Shown piece by piece: positions 1 through 8,756 of a stretch of DNA of 32,376 bases. A program made the position numbers and the translations under genes. The DNA is taken from assembly GCA_049689695.1 (NCBI GenBank), contig JBAVMD010000497.1, forward strand, positions 1 through 32,376, in the 5' to 3' direction. Every line of letters begins with the position of its first letter. Position 1 is the stretch's first letter. The stretch is from Chitinophagaceae bacterium (GTDB lineage Bacteria; Bacteroidota; Bacteroidia; Chitinophagales; Chitinophagaceae). The notes under the pieces were generated by a model, which ran no database searches, was not told where the DNA came from, and worked only from the letters and a program-made list of their open reading frames with translations.

Positions 1-110
1 ATTCCATCTCTTCGGTCAATACCTTTCGCATTATCCTCGATAAATATTTCAACTACAAAGTACCATTGCTGAAGGATACAAGCTTTTATATGAGGCTGAA
101 GTGATGAAGG

Positions 111-1385
111 TCATTTCAGAACCCGCAATTTAACCATCTCAATCCTCGTATCGCTCACATTCAGCATTTCAAATTCATAATCTGCAATGATGATACGCTC
201 CTTGATGCGGGGAATTCTTTCGTGCTGGTTGATGATGTAGCCGGAGAGCGTTTCAGATTCTGATTCGTTATCGGAAAATTCGAGGTTGTATTTTTCGATC
301 AGGTAATCCAGCTCAAGCCGGCCGGAGAAAATATATTCGTCTTCCGATAATTTCTTTTCCTCGAACTCTTCCACATCGTATTCATCCTTTATTTCTCCAA
401 AGATCTCTTCCAGCAGATCTTCCATGGTTACAATACCTGAAGTGCCGCCAAATTCATCTACCACCCAGGCAACACTTTTGCGCTCCCGTGTAAATTTGCT
501 GATGAGATCTGTAACGCTCATGCTTTCAGGTACTGCAGGAATTGGCAACAGGATGTCTTTTACAAAACCGGGTTGTTTGAACAGGTCAAGCTGGTGAATA
601 TAACCGATGATGTGATCGATATTGCTATCGTACACCACCAACTTACTTAGTTGCGTTTGTACAAACCGTTTGCGCACTTCTTCTATCGATGCATTAATAT
701 CAACTCCTTCAATTTCTTTACGCGGCACAAGGCACTGGCGCACTTTTACATTGGGGAGCGAAAGCGCGTTCTGCCAAAGCTCCGTGTTCATGTCCTGCCC
801 GTTGGCATCTTCTTCTGTGGCCTGTTGGTAAACGCGATCGAGATCCGGAAGCGAGAAAGGCGCTTTTTTTCTATCGATACGGATATTGAAAAGAATGTCC
901 AGCGTGAAATAAGAAAGCTTTGCGAGCACGGATGCAAGTGGATACAATAATTCATGAAAAAGGTTCACGAACCTGGCGCTTACTGTAAGCCAGAAGTTAC
1001 TGCCGGCCCGGTAAATGGCGCGTGGAATAAATTCTCCCAGCAACAGTACAATGAGGCTTGATAGAACGATCTCCGCAAAAATGCGGATGCCGTTTACCCA
1101 GTTGGAAGCAATGTTTTCTTTATTGATAAGCTGATTACTCAACGGCTGCAGCACTTGCCCGGCCATAAGCGCAAAAAGTATGAAACAGATATTGAACCCG
1201 ATCAGTGTAGTGCCTGCAAACCGTGAAGGATACTCCATGAAATAAGAGAGAATGATACCGCTGGTTCTTCCCTGTTTCTTTTTAAGCTCGATGGATAATT
1301 TATTGGCGTTGGTGAATGCCGCTTCCACACCTGAGAAGAATGCAATGAGCAATAGCATGACTACTATCCCGATCAACGTAAGCAT
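111..1385 (-). CDS. CNNM/CorC-HlyC family membrane protein (DUF21 TM domain + CBS pair + CorC_HlyC domain), GldE-like
   Basis: 424-aa ORF with ATG at 1385-1383. The N-terminal half is hydrophobic. It is followed by the family-typical block VVDEFGGTSGIVTMEDLLEEIFGEIKDEYD. Confidence 0.85.
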   Translation of the reverse strand: MLTLIGIVVMLLLIAFFSGVEAAFTNANKLSIELKKKQGRTSGIILSYFMEYPSRFAGTTLIGFNICFILFALMAGQVLQPLSNQLINKENIASNWVNGIRIFAEIVLSSLIVLLLGEFIPRAIYRAGSNFWLTVSARFVNLFHELLYPLASVLAKLSYFTLDILFNIRIDRKKAPFSLPDLDRVYQQATEEDANGQDMNTELWQNALSLPNVKVRQCLVPRKEIEGVDINASIEEVRKRFVQTQLSKLVVYDSNIDHIIGYIHQLDLFKQPGFVKDILLPIPAVPESMSVTDLISKFTRERKSVAWVVDEFGGTSGIVTMEDLLEEIFGEIKDEYDVEEFEEKKLSEDEYIFSGRLELDYLIEKYNLEFSDNESESETLSGYIINQHERIPRIKERIIIADYEFEMLNVSDTRIEMVKLRVLK

Positions 1386-1422
1386 GGGGCTAAAGTAGTA
1401 AAATTATGGAGAAGGGGGAAGG

Positions 1423-1545
1423 GGAACGCGGGTTATCAGGATTGGTTAGGATTTATTAAGATCTATTCTTAGCGATTGTAAGTGGTTAAGCAAGCGCAAC
1501 GACTAATCTTAATAAATCCTAACCAATCCTGATAATCCGCGTTCC
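1423..1545. repeat. Long palindromic element (39-nt arms) at the 3' end of gmk
   Basis: Arms 1423-1461 and 1507-1545 are complementary at 38/39 positions, with a 45-nt loop. The arms are built of GGATT/AATCC-type words. The right arm ends 3 nt from the gmk stop codon (1549-1551). No U-tract follows on the minus strand. Confidence 0.9.
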
Positions 1546-1548
1546 GAT

Positions 1549-2121
1549 CTATTTCTCCATAAACTCCTTCACAATCTGCTCAGCCTCAGCCTTTGCCTTC
1601 TCCAGGTCATCGTTCACTATCACCTTATGAAAAGAATGGCTGAAGCTCAGCTCGAATGCCGCTTTGTTCACGCGGGCGGAAAGACTATCCTGTGATTCAG
1701 TGCCGCGGCTGGTAAGCCTGCGCTTAAGCTCATCAATAGATGGGGGTTGTATGAATATCGACAGGGTTGAATCAGGAAATTGGCCCTGTACATGAATGGC
1801 GCCTTTAACATCAATATCAAGTACAGGAACCTGCCCGCCAGACCAGATGCGGGTAAGCTCGCTTTTAAGCGTGCCGTAAAACCTGCCCTCATACACCATT
1901 TCCCATTCCACAAACTCATGGTCCTGTATCTTATGCTGGAACTCTTCTTCCGATATAAAATAATAATCCTTTCCGTTCACTTCGTTGGAACGGGCGCTCC
2001 GGGTAGCTGCCGAAACTGAAAAAGCCAGTTGCGGAAACGTGTTCAGTAAATGACGGGTAATAGACGTTTTGCCCGAGCCTGAAGGCGCGGTAATGATAAT
2101 GATCTTGTTGGAGGTTTGCAT
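1549..2121 (-). CDS. gmk: Guanylate kinase
   Basis: 190 aa. P-loop APSGSGKTS, then ATRSARSNEVNGKDYYFIS and a later RLTSRGTES block, all typical of guanylate kinase. ATG at 2121-2119. Confidence 0.93.
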   Translation of the reverse strand: MQTSNKIIIITAPSGSGKTSITRHLLNTFPQLAFSVSAATRSARSNEVNGKDYYFISEEEFQHKIQDHEFVEWEMVYEGRFYGTLKSELTRIWSGGQVPVLDIDVKGAIHVQGQFPDSTLSIFIQPPSIDELKRRLTSRGTESQDSLSARVNKAAFELSFSHSFHKVIVNDDLEKAKAEAEQIVKEFMEK

Positions 2122-2161
2122 TGTTGGGATGCAAAGTAACAGGAAATAGAGTAATGATGGA

Positions 2162-2245
2162 TAACACGAATTTTAAGCACGAATTACACGAATTCTCACA
2201 AGCTCAAGTGATAATTCGTGTAATTCGTGCTTAAAATTCGTGTTA
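2162..2245. repeat. Perfect 33-bp palindromic element at the 3' end of the SDR gene
   Basis: Arms 2162-2194 and 2213-2245 are perfectly complementary (33/33), with an 18-nt loop. Each arm contains three CACGAATT words. The element ends 2 nt from the SDR stop codon (2248-2250). Confidence 0.93.
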
Positions 2246-2247
2246 CC

Positions 2248-3069
2248 CTAAATAAACAAATCCATCATTAACTTCTGCTCAGGGTTTACTGCATACTTTG
2301 TAAAATCATCAATGCCCTCGGCTTTAAGCACATCTTCATCAATAAAAAAGTTGCCGGAGCATTCAAAAGAAGGTTTTTGAAGAATGTAACAGGCTGCATC
2401 CGCAACTATCTCGGGCGTGCGGCTGCGCTGTATGAGAAAATCTCCGCCCAGCAGGTTCTGTACTGCTGCGGTAGCAATGGTTGTTCTGGGCCATAAAGCG
2501 TTAGCGGCAATGCGGTGCGGCTTCAGTTCCTCCGCCAAGCCAAGTATCACCATGCTCATACCGTATTTGCTGGTGGTATACGCCAGGTGCTTGGAGAACC
2601 AGAGGGGGTCCATGTTTAGCGGGGGCGACAAATTAAGAATATGCGGGTTGTGCGCTTTTTTCAGGTAAGGAATGCACGCTTTGCACATGAAGAAAGTGCC
2701 TCTTATATTAATGCCATGCATCAGCTCCCATCGTTTCCATTCGGTTTGCTCTGTTGCAGCCATCGAAATAGCGCTGGCATTATTGATAAGAATATCAATT
2801 CCTCCAAAGGTATCCACCGTGGTCTTTACAATATTGAGTATGCTTTCTTCGTAGCGCACGTCTCCCTGGAGAGGCAATACTTTTCCTGGGCCTTCCTTGG
2901 CTATTTCTTCAGCGGCAGTATAAATGGTGCCTTCTAACTTAGGATGAGGTTCGGCGGTTTTACCTACGATGGCGATGTTGGCGCCTTCTCTGGCTAACCG
3001 TTTCGCAATAGCTTTACCTATTCCGCGGGTTCCCCCGCTTATCAGTACGGTTTTATTGGCTAATGTCAT
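2248..3069 (-). CDS. Short-chain dehydrogenase/reductase (SDR) family oxidoreductase
   Basis: 273 aa. N-terminal Rossmann motif ISGGTRGIGKAIA and catalytic YxxxK (YTTSKYG). Confidence 0.88.
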   Translation of the reverse strand: MTLANKTVLISGGTRGIGKAIAKRLAREGANIAIVGKTAEPHPKLEGTIYTAAEEIAKEGPGKVLPLQGDVRYEESILNIVKTTVDTFGGIDILINNASAISMAATEQTEWKRWELMHGINIRGTFFMCKACIPYLKKAHNPHILNLSPPLNMDPLWFSKHLAYTTSKYGMSMVILGLAEELKPHRIAANALWPRTTIATAAVQNLLGGDFLIQRSRTPEIVADAACYILQKPSFECSGNFFIDEDVLKAEGIDDFTKYAVNPEQKLMMDLFI

Positions 3070-3509
3070 GATCTCTTTTTAAAGGGTAGCTAACCTGAAA
3101 CTGAATTTAGGCGAAATTATGATGCCGGTGCAAAAAATTGGGTGTTACTACCAAAACGGGCATTCGTAAACTTACGATGCCACGGGGTATTTCATGAAGC
3201 AGGAAAATAGGGCATTAGTGCGCTTGTGCAGTCCTTGGATGGATGGTACATTTGTATTGTCAGTTGTTTGATTTAAAGCGCATCCAATATCCTCCCGATA
3301 GTTATCGGGACAATCCAGATCCAATATCCAAGAGAAAGACAACCAATATCCAGTAAAGACCAAAAACCAGCGCTTTGTATCATTTGACCGGCAAGTTTAA
3401 AATCCAGAATCCTGAAAAAATCCAACGAATCCAATCCTTGAAAAAAACCAAGACTTTGTACCTATGAGTGGCCCGATTAGTTGAAATCGTCCCGTACAAA
3501 AGATTTAAG

Positions 3510-3535
3510 CCCCCGGTAACCCCCGGGGGTTTTTT
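3510..3535. terminator. GC-only hairpin with flanking T6/A-run; probable terminator of the aldo-keto reductase gene, possibly bidirectional
   Basis: Stem CCCCCGG (3510-3516) pairs with CCGGGGG (3523-3529) around a 6-nt loop. T6 follows on the plus strand at 3530-3535. The hairpin lies 2 nt below the AKR stop codon (3538-3540). The minus-strand tail is only moderately U-rich. Confidence 0.7.
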
Positions 3536-3537
3536 AT

Positions 3538-4527
3538 TCAATACTCCGGCTGTTGTGGCTTATTCCCCATCACCTCGTCTATACGCTGTAAAACTTCCGT
3601 TGAAAGCTTTGGAAGCACATCAAGGGCTTTAAGGTTCTGTGTCAATTGCTCTTTCTTGGTTGCGCCCAGAATAGCGGTGGTAACATTCGGGTTGCTGATG
3701 CACCAGGCTACCGCCAGTTCGGCCAACGAGCACCCCAGGTCATCAGCCACGGTTTGCAACTGCCTCACCTTCGCGACCTTGTCTTCCACATACGTTTTGT
3801 CTTTCAGCCAGCTGAACCCGTCCAGGGCCAGGCGAGACCCTTCCGGTATGCCCTCATTGTATTTGCCCGTTAAGAGCCCCGATGCCAGGGGACTCCAGAT
3901 TGTAGTGCCCAAACCGAAATTCTTATAGATCTGCAGGTAATCCTTTTCAACTTTTGTGCGGTTGAACAGGTTGTACTCAGGCTGCTCCATTGTAGGACCT
4001 ATCAGCTTATACCTTTCTGCCATCACTTGCGCTTCCAGGATTTCCTGCGCGCTCCATTCACTGGTGCCCCAGTAGAGAATTTTGCCCTGTTGGATCAGGA
4101 TATTCATCGTCCATACCACTTCTTCTATCGGTGTGTTCTTATCAGGCCGATGGCAGAAATAAAGATCGAGGTAATCTACCTGCAGGCGTTGCAATGCTTC
4201 ATGACAGGCTTCCGTTAAATGCTTGCGGCTGAGGCCAAGCTGGTTTGGTTTTGTATCAGGGCCCTTCCACCCAAAGTAGGCTTTGCTGCTCACCACATAA
4301 GAAGTACGGTCCCAGTTCTTCTTTTTCAGCACCCGGCCCATCATACGTTCGCTTTCCCCGCGGGCATAAACTTCCGCATTGTCAAAAAAGTTGATGCCAT
4401 TATCGTAAGCAATCCCCATCAGCTCATCGCTGATGCTATCGTCTATCTGTTTGTGAAAAGTGACCCAGCTGCCAAAAGAAAGTACGCTGAGTTGCAGGCC
4501 GGAACGGCCAAGGCGGCGATATTCCAT
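3538..4527 (-). CDS. Aldo/keto reductase, Kv-beta (AKR6)-like
   Basis: 329 aa. Motifs LDLYFCHRPD and GTSEWSA plus overall AKR layout. ATG at 4527-4525. Confidence 0.88.
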   Translation of the reverse strand: MEYRRLGRSGLQLSVLSFGSWVTFHKQIDDSISDELMGIAYDNGINFFDNAEVYARGESERMMGRVLKKKNWDRTSYVVSSKAYFGWKGPDTKPNQLGLSRKHLTEACHEALQRLQVDYLDLYFCHRPDKNTPIEEVVWTMNILIQQGKILYWGTSEWSAQEILEAQVMAERYKLIGPTMEQPEYNLFNRTKVEKDYLQIYKNFGLGTTIWSPLASGLLTGKYNEGIPEGSRLALDGFSWLKDKTYVEDKVAKVRQLQTVADDLGCSLAELAVAWCISNPNVTTAILGATKKEQLTQNLKALDVLPKLSTEVLQRIDEVMGNKPQQPEY

Positions 4528-4532
4528 TTTTT

Positions 4533-4607
4533 GTTTATTGGTTTATTAGTTGAAGCGAAGTTCATACCAATAAACCAGTAAACTAATAAACTAATAAACC
4601 AATAAAC
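4533..4607. repeat. Palindromic element of AATAAAC-type words at the 3' end of the LptC-like gene
   Basis: Left arm GTTTATTGGTTTATTAGTT (4533-4551) is the perfect reverse complement of 4589-4607 (19/19). The interior carries more AATAAAC/ACTAATAAAC words. It ends 1 nt from the stop codon at 4609-4611. Confidence 0.88.
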
Positions 4608-4608
4608 T

Positions 4609-5211
4609 TTACGGGAAACTATCCTTAGGCACCGTCACCCTTCCCGATGCCTGCGTAAGCACCCACCAGTCGAAATTCTGGGAGGCTTCCATGCCAATGC
4701 CGTAGAAAACTTTGTCGCGTGTATGAATGGCAACGGCCTTTGTTGTGTAGAATTTTTCTGTCTGCTGGTCCCACCAAAGCTCGTCGGTACGCAATGTATC
4801 TCCGTTCAGCTTGTTCATTACCACCACACTGTCGCGCAGGAAAACCTTCTTCTCCCACTCGCGGTATTTTCCATAACGCGCATCCACCTGGCTTTCCATA
4901 GCCATGGTATCGTTGTAAAAATCCACATGGAGGGTTTTGGGAAACTCAACGTAGGGTGGGTCTGCCAGGTAGCGCAGCATAAAAGGAGCGGTAAGCTTAG
5001 CCTTGATCTTCGAATCCTGGCTCATATAGGTTACTATATCCCTGGCTTCTTCAACTGCGGTTTTCTTTTCGGTCATTCGCTTGATTGCCACAGGATCGTT
5101 CTCACAGGAAGCAAGAAAAAAGCAGCCCATAAGCAGGACTGCCGGAAAGATATTTGAGGTGAAGCGTTTCACTATTCTATTCGTATTTGACCTTTCTGAA
5201 CCAGATATCAC
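4609..5211 (-). CDS. LptC-like periplasmic/lipoprotein component (putative LPS export protein LptC)
   Basis: 200 aa. Basic N-region, hydrophobic core and FLASC lipobox. The C-terminal pattern (L.G.V.V...L.T..L.WD...T...V.I....G.GM) resembles the LptC family. The position downstream of coaX and a porin-like OMP is typical of Bacteroidota. The function call rests on pattern memory only. Confidence 0.5.
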   Translation of the reverse strand: MISGSERSNTNRIVKRFTSNIFPAVLLMGCFFLASCENDPVAIKRMTEKKTAVEEARDIVTYMSQDSKIKAKLTAPFMLRYLADPPYVEFPKTLHVDFYNDTMAMESQVDARYGKYREWEKKVFLRDSVVVMNKLNGDTLRTDELWWDQQTEKFYTTKAVAIHTRDKVFYGIGMEASQNFDWWVLTQASGRVTVPKDSFP

Positions 5212-6478
5212 TCAATGAAAAGCCTACAGAGATGCGGAAGAAATTTTCCTTGATCGCATTCTGATCGTTGCCGCGGCGGCCTACTTCAAATGCCGTATTG
5301 ATAACCGTGGTTTGATTAGTATAGTTGCTGCGGCGCATAGGTAAAGCGGCACCAGCCGTAAAACCAATTATCGGCAAATCCCTGTCGGCCTTGATATAAT
5401 CCCTTCCGTAAAAGAACCCGCCTTTGTAGGTAACGTAGTTCCAGTAAGACTTCCCCGGTTTTTGAGAAGGAGTCCATTGTCCCCCGGCTTTAAACTGCCA
5501 GGAGTTCTGCAAAGGGTCCTTCTCGCCAAAAAACTGGTATTTGGTCCAGTTGGTAGTGGTAAAGTCGGCGCCTAATGCCCATTCGGTCTGCTTATCTATT
5601 AAAAATCCCGCGGTGAATGATGAAGGGTAGGTGACCTTGCCGGAAATATCTGACAGCGTTGAAATGCTGTCGACCCGCAGGGTGCCGCCATTGGCATCGT
5701 ACTCGAAGGTTTCACGAATGATATCTCGGTTGGCATTGAGCGTACGCTGTAACTGGCCTGTTACACCAAGCCTGAGCCAGGTGGTTTTGGCCAACTGGGT
5801 GGAATATTGAGCCCCGCCCTGGAAGGTAAATCCACCAAAAGTGGATTTGGTCTGGTGGTTGGATTGATAATAAAGAATACTATCGTTCAAAAATAATTTC
5901 TTGGTGCTATAATCTTTTGTACCGAAAGTATAGGCGATATTAACGCCCAGGCTTAAGTTTTTAAAGGCAATGCCCGTTCCTGCAAACACATCATACGATC
6001 CACCGGTCCCTTCGTAAATAGTTACAAGGCTGTCGTAGCTAAGCCTTTCGTTGGTTTGGATCTTATAATTCACGCGGGTAGTGGGTCTCAGCCCCAGGTT
6101 CAATCCCCAACTGCGTTTAGGCACAAGCGGAATTCCCAGTTGTATGTAAGAAACGTTGGCGCTGGAAGCGGAAAACTTGCCGGCGGTATTGGGCTCACGA
6201 AGCGTGCGGGTATCAACCTCAAATCCAAGATCGAAGGTGGTATACCTCAGCTTGGAATAAGAAGCCGGGTTGAGATAATTGATAGATTGATAATCGAAAT
6301 AGGCAGCGGAAATTCCACCCATAGCACGGTTCACGATGTTTCCTGTCGGAACAGGGTCGCCAAGGCCATAACGGGAATAAGGAGAATTTTCCTGGGCAGA
6401 TAGCTGAAAACAACATCCTGAGATCAAAGCCACCAAAACCGTAAATCTGCTAAGCGTAATTTTTTTCTCCAATCGCAT
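5177..6478 (-). CDS. Putative outer-membrane beta-barrel protein (porin-like)
   Basis: The ORF runs to 6553, but the internal ATG at 6478-6476 gives MRLEKKITLSRFTVLVALISGCCFQLSAQ, a clean signal peptide. The rest has an alternating, aromatic-rich beta-strand pattern. The gene overlaps coaX by 29 nt and the LptC-like gene by 35 nt. Confidence 0.6.
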   Translation of the reverse strand: MRLEKKITLSRFTVLVALISGCCFQLSAQENSPYSRYGLGDPVPTGNIVNRAMGGISAAYFDYQSINYLNPASYSKLRYTTFDLGFEVDTRTLREPNTAGKFSASSANVSYIQLGIPLVPKRSWGLNLGLRPTTRVNYKIQTNERLSYDSLVTIYEGTGGSYDVFAGTGIAFKNLSLGVNIAYTFGTKDYSTKKLFLNDSILYYQSNHQTKSTFGGFTFQGGAQYSTQLAKTTWLRLGVTGQLQRTLNANRDIIRETFEYDANGGTLRVDSISTLSDISGKVTYPSSFTAGFLIDKQTEWALGADFTTTNWTKYQFFGEKDPLQNSWQFKAGGQWTPSQKPGKSYWNYVTYKGGFFYGRDYIKADRDLPIIGFTAGAALPMRRSNYTNQTTVINTAFEVGRRGNDQNAIKENFFRISVGFSLSDIWFRKVKYE

Positions 6479-7175
6479 ACAAGCCTTTAAAAAGTAAATC
6501 GGGGTCTGCAAATATCTTATTTTTAATATGTGACACAAAATGAGGGGTATCACCCCCGGTTAAAAGCACGTTAAAGTTCCCATACTTCTCCGCATAGGCA
6601 TCGATAGTTCCATCAATCTCTTTAGCCATTCCAAGAAGCACGCCGCTTAAAATGTTGGTCCTTGTATCATAGCCTACCAGCGGAAAATTCCAGTCTTTTT
6701 TGATCAGGGGCAGCTTGGCCGTAAAGGTTTCCAGCGATTTGAACCGCATTTCCATACCTGGCGAAATACCGCCGCCCAGGAACTCATGGTACTTATTAAT
6801 GAAATTGTAAGTGATACAGCTTCCCAATCCCACCACCAGGTTATTGCAGCCCGGAAAAATATGTACGGCCGCAGCGCATAAAGCCAAACGGTCGGCGCCA
6901 ATGGTCTCGGGCTTACCTACCGGCGTGGCAAAAGGCAGGTGCGATGCATGGTTCAGCTTATGAAACTTTGTACGGGAAGCCAGCATGCCTTCTATCTTTT
7001 CGTTGTGATTGATCACGGACGAAAGTATAGAACGCTCAGGCTGAAAGCGATCCACCAATTCTTTTACAGTGGATTCCTCATCATTTTCCAATACCACCAC
7101 TTCGCGGATTGAGCCGTCAATAAACACGGCGCATTTCAGGCGTGTATTGCCAAAATCAAAGCAAAAGGTGGTCAT
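6450..7175 (-). CDS. coaX: Type III pantothenate kinase
   Basis: FDFGNTRLKCAV near the N-terminus and overall CoaX layout. I chose the start at ATG 7175-7173 (MTTFCFDFGNT) because a perfect -7 box lies just upstream at 7183-7190. The ORF-track start at 7211 would lie inside the palindromic element. Confidence 0.88.
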   Translation of the reverse strand: MTTFCFDFGNTRLKCAVFIDGSIREVVVLENDEESTVKELVDRFQPERSILSSVINHNEKIEGMLASRTKFHKLNHASHLPFATPVGKPETIGADRLALCAAAVHIFPGCNNLVVGLGSCITYNFINKYHEFLGGGISPGMEMRFKSLETFTAKLPLIKKDWNFPLVGYDTRTNILSGVLLGMAKEIDGTIDAYAEKYGNFNVLLTGGDTPHFVSHIKNKIFADPDLLFKGLYAIGEKNYA

Positions 7176-7182
7176 GGGGGAG

Positions 7183-7190
7183 CAAATGTA
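7183..7190 (-). promoter_or_regulatory. Bacteroidota-type -7 promoter box (TAcaTTTG on the minus strand)
   Basis: Plus strand reads CAAATGTA, a perfect match to TAnnTTTG on the minus strand. Seven nt separate it from the coaX ATG. Confidence 0.5.
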
Positions 7191-7193
7191 GGG

Positions 7194-7286
7194 AATTAGC
7201 AAATGGCTCAATAGCTCAATGCGAAAATGAGCTCCTCAATCGCGATCCTACATTTTCACATTGAGCCATTTTCATATTTGCTAATT
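7194..7286. repeat. Dispersed palindromic repeat, copy A (GCTCAAT/ATTGAGC words)
   Basis: The first 28 nt (AATTAGCAAATGGCTCAATAGCTCAATG) match 23047-23074 at 27/28. The last 27 nt match 23102-23128 at 24/27. The ends are mutually complementary except for an 8-nt insertion in the right arm. The element ends 3 nt from the Lon-N gene stop codon (7290-7292). Confidence 0.85.
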
Positions 7287-7289
7287 AAA

Positions 7290-7931
7290 TTAAATATCGA
7301 AATTCAGCGAAGAAAGGTTCCTGAAATGGCCATTCAGCCTGATCTTTTCTTTCAGCGCCTCCATTTCAGCTATCAGGGGAAGCACTTTGCTGAGATGCCT
7401 TTTGAGGTATTCCTGCCTCTGTATTTCCTTCAGAAGGCCCAGCATTTCGTATTCTTCTTCAAGGGATAACCCGGCATGATGCGCCACATCAAAAGCGGTA
7501 AGCTCTTCATCAGGCTTTTTAAAATCTTTATTGATGTTCAGCAGCCGGTGCAATTCGCGGATGCCGTTCACTACTTTCTGCATCAATTCCCGCTTGCCGT
7601 CATCATCACTGTCAGGATAATTCACAATCGCGCCGCTGTATAATTTTTCAGGAATGGATTTGATCAATTCCAATACCCTGAAAACACGCTCGCCACTGGT
7701 TTGAATGTCCATTTCGCCATTGTCGTACACTTTTACCACGCGCAAAATTTTCACCAGCGTGCCCATTTCGGCCACCTCGTTTTTTATAACGGTGGGAATG
7801 CCAAAGGGCCGCTCTTCGGAATAACATTCGTTGATGAGCTGTTTATACCTGGGTTCAAAAATGTGCAGGTTCACCTGTTCGCCGGGGTACACCACAATGC
7901 TCAGGGGAAATATGGGAATGAAATTCGTCAT
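7290..7931 (-). CDS. LON peptidase N-terminal (substrate-binding) domain protein
   Basis: 213 aa. IFPLSIVVYPGEQVNLHIFEPRYKQLI is the hallmark start of the Lon N-terminal domain. There is no AAA or protease domain. Confidence 0.78.
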   Translation of the reverse strand: MTNFIPIFPLSIVVYPGEQVNLHIFEPRYKQLINECYSEERPFGIPTVIKNEVAEMGTLVKILRVVKVYDNGEMDIQTSGERVFRVLELIKSIPEKLYSGAIVNYPDSDDDGKRELMQKVVNGIRELHRLLNINKDFKKPDEELTAFDVAHHAGLSLEEEYEMLGLLKEIQRQEYLKRHLSKVLPLIAEMEALKEKIRLNGHFRNLSSLNFDI

Positions 7932-7959
7932 ACGATAAAATAACGCATGGGCATTGCAA

Positions 7960-8712
7960 CTATTGCCTGTTCAGCTCGCGCAGCCGCACGTACTTGATAA
8001 ATGTGTAATAACCTGTAGTAACCGCAATGAGCCAGCCTTTGTAACCATCCAAAAATCCAAGCTTCAGCACATACGCTTTAAAAAAACTGTACAGCGGAGA
8101 AAACACCAGCTTCAAAACACTGGCTTTTTTTCCTTTTTCATGGTACTTCTGTGCCGTTATCATGGCAGAGTGCACCATTTTGGAAGCGTATTCCCTTGTG
8201 TCTTTAAAAGTATAATGCTCCAGGTATCCGTTGAATTGTACAAACTGCAACTTCTGTTCACTGGTTACATCTTCATGGGCAATGGCATCGTCCCAATGCA
8301 CCGTGTATTTGTGGAACAAGCGGTTCTTCCAGCTACTTCCCCAATCACTATGCCGTATCCATTGATCTGAAAAAAAATTCTTCCACAGCACCTGGTGAAC
8401 GGTATGTTCATTCACCGGGGTCCATTGCTGCAGTTGCCTGTAAAGTGTTTCATCCACTTTTTCATCTGAGTCAAGTGACAATATCCAATCGTGTTTTGCA
8501 AACCCGATGGCTGCGTTCTTGGAACGGCCATATCCCTGCCATGGAATACTGTACACCCTGGCCCCGGCTCGCGCTGAGATACCAATTGTATCATCACTGC
8601 TTCCTGTATCGCATACGATCACATCGTCTGAAAGTCCTTGTATGCTGCTGAGCAGCCTGCCGATCTTATCAGCGGAATCTTTTGCAACTATGACGATGGA
8701 GAATGGCTGCAT
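7960..8712 (-). CDS. Family 2 glycosyltransferase
   Basis: 250 aa. N-terminal FSIVIVAKDSADKIGRLLSS...DDVIVCDTGSSDDT...SLDSDE has the GT-A fold DxD-type layout. Confidence 0.8.
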   Translation of the reverse strand: MQPFSIVIVAKDSADKIGRLLSSIQGLSDDVIVCDTGSSDDTIGISARAGARVYSIPWQGYGRSKNAAIGFAKHDWILSLDSDEKVDETLYRQLQQWTPVNEHTVHQVLWKNFFSDQWIRHSDWGSSWKNRLFHKYTVHWDDAIAHEDVTSEQKLQFVQFNGYLEHYTFKDTREYASKMVHSAMITAQKYHEKGKKASVLKLVFSPLYSFFKAYVLKLGFLDGYKGWLIAVTTGYYTFIKYVRLRELNRQ

Positions 8713-8744
8713 TCGTTTGGATGTGCTTGCAATATAATATTTCC

Positions 8745-8752
8745 TACGTTTG
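8745..8752 (+). promoter_or_regulatory. Bacteroidota-type -7 promoter box (TACGTTTG)
   Basis: Perfect TAnnTTTG. Only 4 nt separate it from the ATG at 8757. Confidence 0.45.
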
Positions 8753-8756
8753 CACC

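Noticed and set aside
1-110. Possible start of another minus-strand gene at the left edge (ATG at 31-29, MRKVLTEEME...)
   Set aside because: Only about 10 codons are visible before the window ends, and there is no motif or perfect promoter box. This is too little to call.
3172-3363. 63-aa minus-strand ORF in the 468-nt spacer
   Set aside because: It has no signal peptide, motif or promoter box, and it runs through the CCAATATCC word repeats and the palindrome. It cannot be excluded as a small protein, but the sequence offers no support.
6479-6553. Longer ORF-track N-termini (porin 6553, coaX 7211, small protein 14390, GT-like 8703, kinase 23120, ctaA 27457, rnhB 27418, cupin 29912)
   Set aside because: The extensions either use non-ATG starts, run through palindromic repeats or promoter boxes, or precede a much better N-terminus such as a signal peptide or conserved motif. 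I chose the internal ATGs, but they remain unverified.
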